The translations under genes were made by a program, and so were the position numbers. From Takakia lepidozioides (taxonomy: Eukaryota > Plantae > Bryophyta): a stretch of DNA of 64,000 bases. Positions 1-13,568 of the stretch are shown here, one piece after another. Below the pieces are notes generated by a model. That model was not told the DNA's origin. It searched no databases and saw nothing but the letters and a program-made list of their open reading frames with translations. Position 1 is the first letter of the stretch. Every line of letters begins with the position of its first letter. The stretch is taken from contig CM060731.1 of NCBI GenBank assembly GCA_030704615.1, positions 55,924,001 to 55,988,000 on the forward strand. The letters run 5' to 3'.

Positions 1-671
1 CCAGATCTGACTGGCACCAAAATCGGAAATTCGGCGCCATTTTTCCAGTCATGGAGGTAATTCGAAGAGCGGATGGATGGAAATCCGGCGCCGGATTTCC
101 ATCCATCCGCGCTCCGAATTACCTGCATGATGGAAATTTTGCGCGGCGACCTACCTGGCGGATGGAAATCCGGCGCCGGATTTCCATCCATCTGCTCTTC
201 GAATTACCTGCATGACTGGAAAAATGGCGCCGAATTTTCGATTTTGGTGCCAGTCAGATATGGGACTTAGCCATTTTCGGGCCCGAACTGGAAAAATGGC
301 GACGAAAAGAAAAAAAAGAAAAAAGAAAACGCCATTTTTCGAGTTCGGGGCCGAAAACGGCTAAGTCCCAGATCTAACTGGCACCAAAATCGGAAATTTG
401 GCGCCATTTTTCCAGTCATGGAGGTAATTTGAAGAGCGGATGGATGGAAATCCGGCGCCGGATTTCCATCCATCTGCACTCCGAATTACCTGCATGATGG
501 AAATTTTGCGCGGCGACCTACCTGGCGGATGGAAATCCGGCGCCGGATTTCCGTCCATCCGCTCTTCGAATTACCTGCATGACTGGAAAAGTGGCGCCGA
601 ATTTCCGATTTTGGTGCCAGTCAGATCTGGGACTTAGCCATTTTCGGCCCCGAACTGGAAAAATGGCGCCG

Positions 672-712
<41 letters not shown>

Positions 713-1447
713 CCATTTTTCGAGTTCGGGGCCGAAAACGGCTAAGTCCCAGATCTGACTGGCACCAAAATCGGAAATTCGGCGCCATTTTTCCAGTCAT
801 GGAGGTAATTCGAAGAGCGGATGGATGGAAATCCGGCGCCGGATTTCCATCCATCCGCGCTCCGAATTACCTACATGATGGAATTTTTGCGCGCCGACCT
901 ACTCTGGTGCCGGATTTCCATCCATCCGCTCTTCGAATTACCTGCATGACTGGAAAAATGGCGCTGAATTTCCGATTTTGGTGCCAGTCAGATCTGGGAC
1001 TTAGCCATTTTCGGCCCCGAACTGGAAAAATGGCGCCGAAACAAAACAAAACAAAACAAAACAAAACAAAAACCCCATTTTTCCAGTTCGAGGCCGAAAA
1101 CGGCTAAGTCCCAGATCTGACTAGCACCCAAAATCGGAAATTCGGCGCGATTTTTCCAGTTCTGGGCCCAGTCAGATCTGGGACTTAGCCATTTTCGGCC
1201 CCGAACTAGAAAAATGGCGCCGAAAAAAAAAAAAAAAAAAAAAAAAAACGCTATTTTTTTGGTTTGGGGCTCTGTCAGATCTGGGACTTAGCCATTTTCG
1301 GCCCCGAAAATGGCTAAGTCCCGAGGGTGGCTGGCACCAAAATCGGAAATTCGGCGCCATTTTTCCAGTCATGCAGGTACTTCGAAGAGCGGATGGATGG
1401 AAATCCGGCGCCGGATTTCCATCCGTCAGGTAGGTCGGCGCGCAAAA
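1..1447. repeat. Tandem array of ~370-bp units, each built from nested palindromes (GGATGGAAATCCGGCGCCGGATTTCCATCC core; poly-A loop between inverted arms); runs off window start
   Basis: CCAGATCT(G/A)ACT(G/A)GCACC recurs at about 1, 369, 749 and 1111; each unit contains its own reverse complement; the six-frame ORFs here are mirror images on both strands. Confidence 0.9.
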
Positions 1448-1845
1448 TTTGGGGGAGAAGATGGGGGAGAAGATGCAGAAGATTCCCAGGAGGTGAGGTG
1501 GACAGTCCCCCAAGAGGACGGGATTTTTGAGAGGCATAGTGGAACTGATGCATCACAAAGGTCGAAGGATGAGGGGGATGAGGAAGAAGGTGGGGCAAGT
1601 TCCTCGGAGGGTGTAGGAGAGTAGTGCCCATTCCGGCTATGACAGTTAGAACACACTTGTATAGACGTGGCTTGCCACAAAATTTGCAATAAAATGTTGC
1701 ATTTCAAGTCCACTGGTGCTACATTCCAACTTCACATGACCCTATTTCCGTGCCTCCTAACCCTATTTCCGTGGACTCACAATGGTCTGCTCATGCTTTT
1801 TTTTTTTCCGCTCATGCTCATGCCGCTCATGAAATAGCAGCCCCC
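1..1845. mobile_element. One end of a DNA transposon with structured termini; terminus at 1845
   Basis: Reverse complement from 1845 reads GGGGGCTGCTATTTCATGAGC followed by ATGAGC repeats, matching GGGGGTTGCTATTCCATGAGC at 42016; it cuts the ORF to its right at this point. Confidence 0.6.
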
Positions 1846-2396
1846 ATCATGAGGCCCAGCTCAAACTCCTCATTGGCATCTTTCCAGCACTCATCCCAGT
1901 TATCACTGATCTCTGGAGACATTAATGTGCTTTTCCCATTTATATCCGTCAGTGACACATAAAAAACTTGTGCACCAAGTCTGTATCCATGCACAAAATC
2001 ATTCTCCAATTTTGTTATGTCATGGGAAAGAGGTGGACGCACAACAGGCATAGATATCATCCGGCACAGAGGGATGTCCAGACGCCCTCCAGATACGAGC
2101 ATGTCCCTTATAACCTCCTGAGAGTTTACCTTCTGGAATGACATGAGTTCTTTCACCTTGTCAAGGTAGTGCACTTCAGATTCATCTGCTTCATCTATAT
2201 TCTCTGAGTTTTTTCCAAACTCGTCCCCATCTCCAGATCCTTTCCCCTCTGATCTTGTAGGCTTGGACCTCACAGTTTTCTGCACGATGCCATTCAAATC
2301 TGATTGAGTAATTTGCAAATAGCGAACGGCGGTAACGACCATCACTCTGTCTCGAAGAAACTCACAATGAATGGTGTGAAACAAATTCAGAACCAT
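1846..2396 (-). pseudogene. Truncated ORF, tentatively ParB/Srx-like N-terminal half; probable transposon accessory gene
   Basis: LDIPLCRMISMPVVRPPLSHDITKLENDFVHGY...VFYVS resembles the first half of a ParB-like fold; the frame runs into the TE terminus at 1845 before any DGxHR motif. Confidence 0.35.
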
Positions 2397-3801
2397 CTAC
2401 ACAAGCAAAGCTGATCCTGCCGAATTCAAAACAAAAGCGAGAGCGATAGCGAACGGCGTTAACAACAATCACAAAAGATAAGGACCTGCCGGATCGGTGT
2501 TGTGTAATGACATATATGTGTAAGTGATTGGCGGCAACGACATTCAGTATAGTTTAGGGCGGACAGTAAGTGCCGATTATTCAGATTGACTCCATTGTGA
2601 TTACCGTCGCAAGCATTCACGGTTTCCTGTCTATGTCGAGAGTACTTTCCAATCGATACTCTACCTGAATCTACAGTATGGTCTTCAAATCTTTGATTGG
2701 CGGTACCGCCTTTTCACTTCTCTATCTGTTCAACCTCATACAAAGAAAATGCATTGCAATACATTATGACTGAATATGCCGACCCTCACTCTCTCTTCAA
2801 ACACATAGGTAAATAAATCTCATGAGGAGAATCAAATGGCGTTAACGATGCTCGCAATTCAGTAGACTTCAATCACATGTTCCTGCTAAAGAAGGGAAGA
2901 GGAAGGACTGCTTGAAAGGCATCAGACAGACTGTTTGATCTGAACAACGGTGATTGACGGTACCGTCAGTCACCCACTCATTGTGTGGTAAACCCTTAAC
3001 GGAGGAGTAGAAAGCAAATCATTGTTGTTTCGTGGTGATGGTCGGTAGCGACAATCCCTTTCTGGGACATTCCACTCAATCTCTACGCAGATCTTCAACA
3101 ATGAAATGTTAAGTTAGAGAAAACTTACTGGCGCCTTCTTAGGTTTTGAAATTGGATCCCCTTCTGCAGCTTTCCTCTTCCCTCTCACATCTGCTGGAAT
3201 TTCTGTCTGCTCTAGGGTTTCTGGACCTTCTCCCGGTTCAGCGTTCCTCGTGCTTCCACCTGTAGTGTGAAAAGAAGGGGCGTGAATCCCCTTCTGGTTA
3301 ATCCTAAATCTGTACTCCTCCTACTCGTCCCTGTTGAAGTATCAGGGCAAAGGAAAGGAGCGTTCTCTTTTCTGTCCAACCATCGTCATGAGGCTATATG
3401 GGTTTTTCCTTCAGGTTCGTTCGTGATCAGAGTTTGCGGAATCCTCATCCACGCCGTAGCGGAAGAGAAGACATGGATGGGAGTCTTTGGTTTGTTCTTG
3501 CCCTCGGTTCTACTTCTATGCAACAGCCTGGCCCTATGCTCACTGCGCCAACAGTGTTGGCGTGATCTTTTATGTGATGCAAGCAGCCCAATGGCAGCGG
3601 TGAATACGACCCTTAATGTGAACCCCCTTGAGCAGTGACATGTCGGAAATCCCTTTTTGTAATGGTGACACAGATTTAGAGGGAGACAGCTCAGATCTTC
3701 ATAAACTGCAGGGGCACTGGTTTTCCTTCAGGATTCATGCTTTCTTCATCTCAATCTCCCCAAGTTGGCCATCCCCCCATCAACCCTTTTTGCTGAGCAG
3801 C

Positions 3802-3836
<35 letters not shown>

Positions 3837-6453
3837 ATTTTCTCGTCTGTTTCTCTATCTCTGTCTATGTCTACAGGCTCCTTACTTCTTCACATACAGC
3901 CCATCTATCACGTAATGCAAATGCACACTCCGCCAGGCATCCAGTGCAGCCAGCCATGAAGTCATCCTTGGTCTCACAAGGCAAAACCATCCCTTTCATC
4001 AGTCTCTCTATCTCTCTCTCTCTCTTCTCTCCGTCAATACTCAACCCTTCACACTACCCCTTTCTTTTAAAAGATCCCATTTCCCAAAACAGCTCTCATC
4101 CCTTCTTCAGATTCAACCTGAATACCCCAACATCTCTCTTTTCCTTTCAACAAGAGGGCTTAAAGTCGTTCATATCCTGATACAATGCTGAAATCACACC
4201 TTATCCCTTTTGTGTTTTCATACAGTTCCAGCTAACCCTCAGTTATCTCTCCAAGCAAACAAGCTATATCTACATTGGGTCCAGTGTATCACTACCCCCC
4301 CCCCGCAGCATTGTGTGCAGGTTTACAACACTGAAACAAGAACAAGAATGAAGACAACAGTGACCATTCTGTTTTCTGTGACAACAGTCTCTCTCTCTCT
4401 CTCTTCACTCATTTTTCTTACTGACACTACGACGGCAGGTGTATCCATTCCTTCCATGTTCTGGTTTGAAGTCCAGAGTCTCCATTCCATTTCCAAAAAC
4501 CTTTCCTCTATCACATGTCTCCACCCTTTCCTTTTCAACAACCAGGGCAGTCCTAAATCTACCAAAAGCGATTTCTAAGTCCGCCAAAAGAAGAAGCCCA
4601 CAGTCTACCAACTTATCTGTTTTTATCCTCCAGTGAAGCGGTGGGTCAGCCTGCCGAGATGGCACCTCACCATCGCCTGTCAGCAGCCACCACAACCTTT
4701 TCTCCTTGTCTTGATTCCAGAGTTTATCATGCCATGATGTCTCCTCATCATCCTATGGAGCATCCTGTGGTTTGCCAACTAAATTGCTTTATTCTTCTAT
4801 GCATGTAGCTCTTTAAGAACTGAAATGGACCTATAGCAAGAAGACAAAAAGGCAGCTAGAAGCCTGATTACAGATAACCTGTGTTGCCATCCAGCCAGCA
4901 CTCCACATGCCTTATCGCCTCCATTGATTGTGCTCAGATTCTCTTCCTTGTGCTTCTGGCAGGTGGCCGTTCTCCTTGCTTGCTCATCTGCCCATAACTG
5001 TCATCTTCAAGACAGTGGCGCAGCGGTGGTGCGCCGCTCTCCTTACATGCTCCTATCTCCATGAATTGATCATCACAACGAGAAAGACGGCACCGCTTCC
5101 CTTTACACAGAATACCAAGCAGAGGCACTTAATGTTGCCCTCTAAACCAAGCGAAGTCCCACAGCGCAGGTACAACCTCTCAACACAGACTGCCCTGTCA
5201 ACACCACAGCTCGCGGCAGCTGCTACGAATCGCCCGTCACCTTCCTCTTCGTTCTTCCTTCCTCGCGGATTTTAGGTTGAGCATCAGTGACGAAAACGTT
5301 CATCGCATGGATGAAAAATGCATGGTCACGACTTAGCCATTTTTATTTTGGCAACGCATGAGTACAGTATGCCCACAAAATTACCTGTATGGAGGGATAT
5401 ATCCCTCTTGCAGTTGGTATGAGGGCCCTCCCATTATAGTGATGCAGGCTCTTAACGGTGAAGCCAAAATGTAATGTCACTCCCCTGCATTCACACTACA
5501 CACCTCCTTCAGTTTCCCTGCGAGTCATCTCTACATCCACAGGCTGGTTTCCAACGCGCACTGTTATCGCCGACTGTGTCACAGCCGCTGCCTCAGTCTC
5601 GGTCTGCTCTTGTGAATCAGTCTCCGCGTTCACCTGCTGCCTTGGCCCTGTGTTCTCCAACAAACGACGCCTCGTCATTTGCTCTCTTGCTCTGCGTCTC
5701 TCTCTAAGGGAAGTAAAATAAAGAGACTTTCTTCTCTTTTGTATTGTAGAAGGAACCCTCTCCAGCTTGACTACCACTCTCCCTCTAAGCGCGAAAAGTA
5801 GAAAAACAAAGTGACTCCCGATTTCTTGCGGGATTGCGTGCGTTGTTGCTTGTCTCTAGAAGCATAGGATTCCCTCTCGCGTGACCGTTACACATAGTCG
5901 TTCCCTTATTAGTGCACATGCCAGCAATTAGTGTACAACTGTTTGTATTCAGTTATCGATGTCTGACGTGTGTCGCCCAAAATAAACGGCGTGTTCTTTA
6001 TTAGAACGGTTTCAATATTTAAAAATAACAGAGAATCCCAGAAATCTTGGCGCACAGTCTTAGACAAATATATGTAAATGAACGAGAGTTTGATGACAAA
6101 TTTTGGGATATCATACACGGTCATCCTTGTTAGCCAACCCACGTTCATTTCACATTTTGAACTTTCCAGGTGCGCATGATCATTGGTAGTAGTATAAAGA
6201 TACATTTACTTAATCTGCAATCCCACCCTCAAATCCTGTGGCATGCTTCCAGGAAGTCGGCTTGTTATTGTGTTTATTGATGAGGTTCTGATTAACGGTT
6301 TAACAGCTGCCGACATTGCTCCTAGGGATACTCTGACCACTGGGCCCACAAGAAAAGTAATTAAAATGGACGGTTGCATATCTGGAAAGAATAACAGAAT
6401 ATGCACAGTCGTCGTCTGAGCTTCCTCCGCCATATTCTCTGCTCATTCTTCAA

Positions 6454-9400
6454 TTGTGTTCTGGAGACATCAGTAAACCGATTTACACTTGGTCTGCGAT
6501 AGCAAGGTATCAACGTACGCGAGGAAAGAAGATGGCTTCCTCTGAAGCGGAGTTCTTCTCTGACGACAAACCAGTGCCGTTCTCCCAGGAAGTCCTTGAC
6601 AATGGATTTGCAATTGTTCTGGAACATGTCTTGGCTACCCGTTTTCAGCTTCAGAATGGCTCCATCTTTTTGGAGAAAGAGGTGTACGATTTGAAAGGGA
6701 AGTTGTTGAAATACTCTTTTCAAAACCGTGATGAGACGGCTCATATCAGCCAGTGGAGAGTGCGCCCTGGTCGATACAGAGTACTTGGAGAGCCTCGGCG
6801 AAAGTCCCTTGGGTCATATGTGACGTCCGGGACTGCTGCTTCGGTTGTTGAAGACAAGAGGGAGGTGGCGGTGAAAAAAGAACAGATGTCCTCCACTCCA
6901 ATCGTTGAGCTTTCGGATTCGTCCGATGATGACATAAGTGAAATTCCAAATCCAGTCCTTCCTACTGTGGTTGGAGAAGCTGATGAAGAAGAGATTTGTA
7001 GTGTCATTCCAAAATTACGGGCGATGGGAGGAATGGCTGGATTCAAAAGTGAGTTGCGAGGAATTGATTGGGAATCTTTGAAGCAGGTGCCTGTGAAGTT
7101 CTTGCCAGAGACTTTTGATGGCGATATCCTATTCGAGCTGCCTCCTCCTCCGCGAGTTGGAGGTGTAACAATCATGATGCATGGAATGGACAAGAAACAC
7201 GACAGGCACCCATGGTGCAGAACAAAAACATCCAATATTCAGAATGATGACAAGCTTGTTTTCAGGAGAACAGTTTGCAATGGACACCTTAGGTGTGATA
7301 ATTTGAATTGCAGACACTTTCTTCAGTCTGGAGTTCATAATCAAAGCGAATGGGAGGGTCTGGCGGAAATCCATTTCAGCCTGGGACTGCCCCTCCACCG
7401 GCAAACACTTTCGTCTGCTAATTCTGCAAACTTGTGCCATCCTGCTTGGCGCTCTGCGGAGCAAGAATATACTATGTTGTCCACCGTTTGAAAACAATGA
7501 CAAGAGCTTGTGTGCATTTCGGATTCCATAACCATCCTGTCTCGAAGGGGGATTACAGGGAGAGTGTTGAGACAATATCGAGGTTGATTAAACAGGAGTT
7601 TGGGATAAACCCATCCGCAACAACATCTGCAATTGCTCTTGGTACAAGCAAGTCCTTCTTGGAAAGCCATATTTTGAGTGAAGGGGATTCTGTTGGTATT
7701 AAACTTGACGGTGCAGCATTGGACCTGGTCATGGATCATTTCTCCACTTTGAGTTCACCTAACATTCGGCATAAGATCAATGCATTAAGAATGGGCTCTG
7801 GTATCAGAGGCTACATAGACAACATTTTGGAGTTGAAACGAGTGAGCAAGTACGATTACATCTAGGACAATGTATTCCCAGGTCAAGGTGCCATCAAAGT
7901 TTTTCTTTTCAAAATGTCAACTGTTGGGGATGGCAGTGGGGTTAGCCTCGTGAAGCGGATGCAGAAGACTGGGGACTTGCAGAACTGTTTTATTATATTT
8001 GATCATGTGAAACGAGTGAAGGATTGGACGACAATGGCTTGTCATGTCTACGATCCAGTGTACCAACGAGTTATGACAATTGCAGTTTGTGACATGCAAT
8101 CTGAGGATACGGAATCCCAGAAGCTCATGTGGAATTCCCTGATATGTGTCATGGGCTGCCATCTCCAAATTTTGCAGGTTTCATGGCGGATAGTGCTCAA
8201 GCAAATTTCAATGTTGTTCGTATTGTCTTCGGATCGGGCGACCCAAAAGTGCCAATGCGAGGAAGAGAGCGTACATATCTATTCCATTGGACACAGTCTC
8301 TGGAAAAACATACAAAGTCGGACATCAAACCAGAGATGCAGACTCAGCACCGTAAATTGTGCAAAGAGTACAAAGATGCTAGAACAATGAAGGAGGCGGA
8401 CACTTTGTTCCAGACAATTCGTGCCTGGTGGTCTCTTCTGGAGCTGCATCACTTGAGAGTATGAGAGCATTGGAAGATTGGCTGGTATTTTGGCACTTCC
8501 GGTATAGACAGTGGGGAGCAGCCATGCCAATGGTATGAGGCTTATATTTATTGCTTTATTCATACATTTACTTTCCATTTTATTGTGTCATCGCTTTCTT
8601 TATGTTGTTTTCTGTTCACTGTTTTGAAGTGTGGTTCTGCACTTTGTAGAACATGTCCATTGAGGAAATGACGGACATGCCATCTTGCAATTTGGCAGAA
8701 ACTATGCACAACACATGGTTGCAGCAGTCTGAGAAACGAGGTTGGGATTTGTATGTGGCAACAATAGATGATTTGATACGTGCCTTGCAACAACAAACCC
8801 GATACCGTGATTTCTTACGAGGTGGGGTTGGTGGAAGGGTCCGGACAAATGGGAGTTGATGTTGCGTGCTGCAAACGATCTGGGGATCCCATCAAGATAG
8901 CATGGGCGGTGAGCATGTATGCCCAGGGAACGCCACTTGTTTCTAGAGTTCCACATCTTGAAGGGGAGGAGAGATTCGGCTCCTGTAAGAGGAAATTGAA
9001 CACTCCACCTGGTTCGGATTCCGATTCCCACAGGGCAGACCGTGATAACTTCTCGAAACCTCGTGTTCCCCTGCATGATAGCTCCATGTCCGGAACCTCC
9101 ATTGTGGAGGAACCTCCAACACGACGGCAAGCTCCAGCATCAAACAGTGCCACTGAAATGGTGCAAGAGAGAAACAACCCCCTTGATGTGCTTGAGTCCG
9201 CATGCCCCGACCACGTTTGGCACATAGAACGCATAAGTGTAGGGTCTCGTGTGAAATGTACAGCGATCAGGGCAACTAATTTCGAGAAGTGCACTTCATC
9301 TATATCCAGAGGTGGTGCCAGAACTCCTGCTCCGACTTTCACGGGTTTGATGCGTCCATACGGTCAACCAGAAACCAAAAACCACAAGTTATGGTTCTGC

Positions 9401-9973
9401 GCAGATGATTGTTGCCGATGTGTGCATGGAACTGGCGTCCTTCCGTAGTGATGAAGCCATCTCCTCCAACCGTTTGGCCCGTGAAGGTGGGAACACATCT
9501 CAGCTTTTCAGGAGATTGAAAATGCTGGAGGAGGCAGGTTTTTCCTTGTGAGACAACCCCAACTCTATGCATGTGCTACTGCTTTTGCGTCCTCCCGGGT
9601 CCCCCCGGCAAATCCTGACTTGTGGCCAACCAAACGAGATGGAAAGCTCGTTCGGCGTTTCCCTCCAACCGCTGAACACTTTGGCAAAGTGGAGTCCGCA
9701 AGAAGCTCTAAGCTCGTGTTGGAAGCACCAACGGAAGTACCCGATCCAGGATATGGTCGGGTATTCACAATCATCACTTCCACATCTGCTGTTCATGACA
9801 GGACCTACGACATCACGGTTTCCAATTTCCCCAATTGCACATGTCCTGATTTTGTGAATATGCTATCAACCAGTTTGGGCAAGAGAGGTAAATTCATACC
9901 CTGCAAACATTTGTATTTCATATTTTTGAAGATGATGGTTTGCGATCCCAAACGTGACAACTTCATTCACTAG
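6454..9973 (+). pseudogene. Mutator-like (MULE) transposase relic: WRKY-GCM1-like Zn domain, DDE core, SWIM finger; several frameshifts and stops
   Basis: HPWCRTKTSN...CNGHLRCDNLNC...GFHNHP; IIFDHVKR; FMADSAQAN; (C>Y)LFHW; NLAETMHN; CTCPDF...PCKHL; GT-AG intron 8533-8649. Confidence 0.75.
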
Positions 9974-10479
9974 GCCACTATGAGTTTCAACAAGGTCGAT
10001 ACTCTATTGCAGCGGGATACAACACATGGGTAGCATCAACTATGCAATGTGGTATGTGGACGACCATGATTTGAAATGTGTAATTCACATCAATTCGTCG
10101 GCGGTGCAATGATATGGCCTCCCACTATACGGAGTGAGCTCTGAGTGGCAACTTTTAAAAGCACATTTGTCATTGTACCGTTCGAAGTCTACATGTCTTG
10201 CTGTCGCTATGCACTACAATCATCTTTTGAAGATGATCCTAACTCTCATTGTTATTTGAGGAGGGAGGAAGGTCTTCCCGTGGCAGCCTTTATGGCGCAC
10301 ACTTTGTGAGGATATTTTCTCGTCCTCGTAATTGTAAAAGTGAAACAAGCACTTGTAATTGCACAATGTTAGATGCTACAATTGTAGGCCTCATGGTAGT
10401 CTTGATTCTATTTATGCAAGATTCCCTGCATTAATTCCACGGTCATAGGACCATCCTCGGTTATACGCGGCGCATGTTA

Positions 10480-10630
10480 ATGCTGACATGGTAGATGACG
10501 GACAGTGCCACGTCATCATTTGCCGCCACATCAGCATGCTGACATGACGCTCACGCCACGTCAGCGTGGGTGCAGCTCACGCCACGTCACTCCTACGTGA
10601 GCGTACGCTCGCGCGCTCGCCCGCAACGCT
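10480..10630. repeat. Cluster of GCCACGTCA / CTGACATG motifs, probable subterminal repeat of the first MULE-like element
   Basis: GCCAC(G/A)TCA occurs four times within about 90 bp downstream of the transposase. Confidence 0.5.
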
Positions 10631-10639
10631 CACGCCATT

Positions 10640-13568
10640 GCGTCGTTGGTTTACGGGTTTGCAAGGGTCAAATCCTGACCGCCATTTGGCTCGATTCATG
10701 ACAGCTTGTATTGCTAATAATGCCAGGATGGAATTCTGTTGGTTGACAATGTTCCCTGCCACTTTGCGAGAATTAGCATTTCAATGGTATGATCGACAAC
10801 AACATGGAGCATTTCCTGATTGGAACACCTTAAAAACAGCTTTCCTAACACAGTTTTGACCCTTGGGTTTTACCGATCGTCTACGGGAGCAACTGACAAA
10901 ACTCCATATGGTGAAAGGCGATTCAATCGATTCATTTGCAGGCCGCCTAGAGGATATACTTCGGCGATGGAATAATCATAATATTCCTAACCATATGCAG
11001 ATGGGCCTATTTGTAGAAGGGTTGGCTCCAGCAGAACTAAAACGTTTTGTTAAAGAAGGTATCCCTGCAAATTTACAGGCAGCAATTAATCGGGCTAAGT
11101 TATGGGAGACTATTAATGTCACTACTTATTCAGTTGGACCCACGACAGTGTTTGATACTGATTCCTGGGCCCCACAAGCATCGTTAGCTCCAGTGACTAT
11201 GTCTCCCTCTTCAATTCAGTCTATTGTGGGAATGTATGCCCCTGTATCTTTGCAAAATCAACTACCAGCTAGTGTAGTAGTTGACCCACAAGAAGGGCAG
11301 ATTGCTGCATTGACTAAGAAAATGGAGGAACTCTCCGTGCAATTAGCTTCAAAACGAGAAGGGAGACCATTAATGGAGCTGTTGCTAAATGTGGTTATTG
11401 TGGTAAAACATGACATGTGATATTACAATTTTGGCATTTACAATCGGCCATGGGTTTAACTCCAATAAAGAATAAGCCAAGGACGGGTTGGGATGTCAAT
11501 CAAATTGGGTTGGCCCCACCATCTGCAAACTAGCATGTGGCTGTTCAATGGTCTGACCAACCTCCCCAGATTCAGCAACCCTGGAGACCAGCCCGAGGGC
11601 CCCAGAGCTGGTACCAGTCGGCTAATCAGCCTACTCGACAACAAGTGCGGGGAATACCACCTCAGGGAGCCTATGGTCAAACCTATGGGGGCGGAGGAGG
11701 CCAATAGCAGCGGATATATCCACAATAGACCAATGCTCCTTATCGGCCACCTACTCGATGATTAAGGAATGGTCAATATCCTGTTTGCTATCATTGCCAT
11801 GAGATTGGACATATTGCCAGTGAATGCCCTAATCCGAAAGTCCCGGTTGATTATATCCCGCTTTGTGGGCGTTGTGGAGGCTAGGGGCATACTGCTGAAC
11901 AATGTGAGAGTCCAAACCCCCAAAATCCCATCCATCAGCAAACTTCATCAATCCCTACGCCTTCGAGTTCAGGACCAGTTCCCCCAACTGCAGGCCCGTC
12001 ACATTCTTTTGGAAATACTAATACCAATCGAGTTGTGAACCGACTAACAGTACAAGAATGTGTGAATAATATGAATTTGGCTGATAAGATAGCCACTTTG
12101 AAAGGCAAAGGCAAGATGGAAGCAGCCGATACCCCTTTGCAATCTTATTATCTTAATGCTGAGACAAATAATCCCATGGTTAAAGCGGTTACCACCAGAG
12201 CTCGTAAGTTATTGCCGATGGACCCTATTGTGGAAGACTCTGCCTTAAAAACCCCTGATAGCATGAACTCCAAGCTAATCGAGGAGGTACAACGATCTTT
12301 GCCCATCATGTCCGATATTCATCCGATACCAACGATGATATCGCCTAGTTTGGTTGTCCATCCACCTTCCACTATCGTGGACTCTATCGATCCGGATCCT
12401 GTCATCTCAGTTGCGATACCCCAACCCAGAACGGAGCCAGTCCAGCAGAGAAATTGAGCGAAGTATACTGGTCCAAAAATGGGTAATGGCAAGATAGGAC
12501 ATCCCAAGGGATCTCGACGGAGAAGGGTCATGGCGCTAACTGAAGGTTTGGTTCATTATGATATACTTAAGGACCTGGACACTTTGCAACCTGCTATTTC
12601 CTTGTGGCAGCTATTGGCTATCACACCTCAATATCGGGCTTCTTTACAGTCATCTCTAGTGCGGAAACATGCATCGAATAACGACATCCATGAAGTGAGT
12701 ATATCCACACTCAATCCGGATTCAGGTGCCCCCGTCCTTGATGTGACAATAGATGGCGTTGTTATTACTGGAGTTCAAATTGACGGTGGTTCTAGTGTCA
12801 ACTTAATGAGTTCCGACACAATGGAGGAGCTAGGACTTGGTGGTTTACAGAACACTCGATTGGTGTTGCGGATGGCCGATCAAAGCCGTGTCAAACCAAT
12901 GGGCGTCCTGACTGCCGTCCCAACTATAATTGCTGCTATTGAGTATTCTATTGATTATGTTGTCTTCCGACTAAATGTCTCTGCCTACTCTTACCCCATT
13001 TTATTAGGACGACCATGGTTGTTCCAGTCTAAAGCTAAAAATGATTGGGGGAAAGGCACTTCGACTTTGGGTAAGGAGAACACAAGGTGGTGTTGCAAAT
13101 GTACCCAGTAGCTTATCATGGGGAGACCCAAGAGTTAGAATCTGAGTTTACTTCTGAAGCTGAAGAGAGGACCACTGACACCGATAGTGATCTTCAAGTC
13201 CTACCATTGTCACCTAAACATACACGTAGCCAACGGATCTACCGTTGTGCTAATCTAGGGGAGTACCCCTGGCATGGTGATTTCGATAGTGACTCTGATG
13301 ATGCTATTTTGCGATGGGAGGGAGCCCGATCTTCTTATATGGTGCAGCATGAATCTGAGTGGGAAGAGGCTACCACATCGAAAGATATCGCGTGGTATGA
13401 TTTTGCTGATGATAACCGTGCTCCATTGGTGAAGAAAGACCCATATCAAACCTTGAGTTTGAATACAGCTGCTGAGCCCAATGACATTATAATTTCTGCG
13501 GAAATCCCATAAAATGAATTGTCTATGTGGAAGGAGTTCTTCCAGAAACATCGTACGGCTTTTGCATG
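10640..13568 (+). mobile_element. Degraded Ty3/Gypsy gag-protease region, cut at the start of RT
   Basis: PDRHLARF...FPATLRELAFQWY (gag); CYHCHEIGHIASEC knuckle near 11785; IDGGSSVNLM and ILLGRPW (aspartic protease); many stops. Confidence 0.85.

Noticed and set aside
2400-6400. Many short ORFs and CT microsatellites
   Set aside because: No recognisable motifs; treated as non-coding interior or degraded sequence
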